Shown: positions 61,985 through 64,000 of the stretch, one piece after another | Layout of the letters: each line of letters opens with the position of its first letter | Position numbering within the stretch: the first letter of the stretch is position 1 | From: Octopus sinensis | Lineage: Eukaryota | Assembly: GCF_006345805.1 (NCBI RefSeq) | Contig: NC_043001.1 | Coordinates: forward strand, 74,338,001-74,402,000 | Reading direction: 5' to 3' | DNA: 64,000 nt | Program-made: the position numbers and the translations under genes | Notes under the pieces: generated by a model | The model's input: only the letters and a program-made list of their open reading frames with translations | Told to the model about the DNA's origin: nothing | The model's database searches: none

Positions 61985-62030
<46 letters not shown>

Positions 62031-62586
62031 TCTTGTGTGTGTTATAATTTTTACCAGCAGTGTGGCCTTCCCTTCAGCCCAATCATCTCACCCCACTGTG
62101 CTGCTGTTGTCTTAAGATCCGAAACAAACAAAAAAAAAAAAAATGGTACAGTTCCTGTATTCCTCTGTGTATGTGTGCTCGCCCACGGTATTGCCATCGT
62201 GGCAGTTGTTGTTATTGCCATCGTTGGCACCGCCGTTGCTGCTGATGTTGTTAGTTGTGTTGTTGACATTGTTATAACCGTCCATGAAATTTCATGTGTG
62301 TGTGTTTGTGTGTGTATGGGTTCGATTCGTATGTAGTATGTATCCACACAAGCACACGCACACACACGCACACATACATACACACACGAAAGATTTCCGG
62401 ACAATGGACATAAATTAAAATAATAAAATAAGAACAGTAATTAACGAGTGAAGACAAAATATATAGTGCGTGTGTTTATTTGGCAAAAAGAAAAAAAATG
62501 ACCGTCCCGAAATAGAACAATATCTGTTTCAAAGCACGATTTCATATCAGGAATCTTGAAAAACGAATTGATAAACATATATATGC

Positions 62587-62631
<45 letters not shown>

Positions 62632-62634
62632 ATA

Positions 62635-62970
62635 ATAATAAGGAGTATAACTCCAAACTTACAGGGAAAAAATTCAATTTAGTATTAAATCAAATTTCAC
62701 AATATAAATATATGATATATATAAATTAGAGAAACACTATTATAATGCAATTCAAACAATGATAGACATAACCAAATCATAAATAAAATATATTTTAAAA
62801 CATATAACTAGATCACTTATTATATTTTATATATTTATTATATATTGTTTATTCATTATTGTACTTTTGTGATCCAGTTATATGTTTTAAAATATATTTA
62901 TTTTTTATTATGATTTGGTTTATGTATATCATTGTTTGAATTGCATAATAGTGGTTTTTCTCTAATATAT
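62635..62970. mobile_element. Fold-back element (arms 62725-62816 / 62869-62966) preceded by ~90-bp AT-rich segment, TA-flanked
   Basis: attagagaaacactattataatgcaattcaaacaatg... pairs with ...cattgtttgaattgcataatagtggtttttctctaat. The terminus matches the tagtggtt..tctctaat motif at ~42050. Confidence 0.8.
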
Positions 62971-63120
62971 ATATATATATTATATATATATATATATATA
63001 AATCACCGTGATCACCGTGACCGACCAGGCTATCAGATGTTGCTACACATCGCTGGTCACAATGCGTTTCACATTGTTTTAGCCTTCAAATGACGCCACC
63101 CCGCTGGCTAAGCGAGCAGG

Positions 63121-63229
<109 letters not shown>

Positions 63230-63317
63230 ATATATGTATATATATGTGTAAGTATGTATGTATGCATATATATATATTCATACACACGCACACACACACA
63301 CACAGAGGTTACTTATA

Positions 63318-63668
63318 TAGGTTGTCTCAGAATTAACTATTTCAATAAAATCGGGCGAATTTTCAGGAGTTATTTCCTGCACTGCTGACTTTATGCGTTC
63401 TTTAAGTTAAAAACTATTGCTAAACTATTGTTCCATCTTAGGGTTGGAGATCTAGTAAATGATTGCAGCCAAATGAAAAAAAAATACTGTGGGGAAACCA
63501 ACAGGAATGGAAATTAAATTATATATAAAAAATAAAAATTATAGACAACATAAAAAAATCTATACACTTATAATACATATGAAACATGATGCACATAAAG
63601 AAAAGCGAGTTTTTAAAAAAAAATTGTCTGATTTCACTGAAATAGATAGTTAATTCTGGAGCTCCCTG
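63318..63668. mobile_element. Tc1/mariner-type MITE
   Basis: TA-flanked imperfect TIRs taggttgtctcagaattaact / agttaattctggagctccctg. Confidence 0.6.
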
Positions 63669-64000
63669 TATATAGGAAAGTGAGGCGGCATCTTGAATAA
63701 CAACGTCAAAATTCTTTGTCTGGGTGTCAAAATATTAAAAAAAAAACAAAACTCATTTAGTTGTTCTTCATTGTTATTTATAATAATTATAATGATGGAC
63801 TCTCCCATCGAAGACGACGACTGAGCATTCAGCTTTTGCTGAACCTCCTGTACAAATGATTTGTTTATAGCGATCTAATGTATGTGCCGTACACTAGTTC
63901 ACTCCTTCCGTCAAATCGACGTTGCCTGAACAGGTGTACGGTGTACTTCGCGTTAGGTGTCGAAGTGATCGTAGAGCAATATGAGATGAAGTGTTTTGCT

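Overview
AT-rich eukaryotic genomic DNA, almost entirely repetitive. The SINE, microsatellite and LINE content resembles a cephalopod (Octopus-like) genome; this is inferred from recalled repeat families, not a database search. No complete host gene is visible. One plausible first coding exon (2567-2686, +, ATG to GTAAGT donor) suggests the rest may be a giant intron. The window contains (TA)n/(CA)n/(TCTA)n tracts, TA-interleaved minisatellites, three tRNA-like SINE families, and decayed LINEs (CR1-like, RTE, R4/Dong-like). It also holds several Tc1/mariner elements, a 2.3-kb TIR transposon, hAT and Tc1-type MITEs, non-autonomous Helitrons and a 100-N gap. The most notable signal is a Penelope-like element (PLE) system. 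There is one long decayed RT+GIY-YIG element (55.9-60.4 kb, -) with two nested insertions, three further PLE coding fragments and one possible one. About eight fold-back elements, most flanked by TA tracts, are scattered through the window, several with an [arm][spacer][inverted arm][tail] layout. About nine minimal type-I hammerhead ribozyme motifs are present; the cleanest are at 44409-44495 (+), 43493-43527 (-) and 57141-57217 (-). All structures were read by eye, so coordinates are approximate to a few bases unless termini are quoted.
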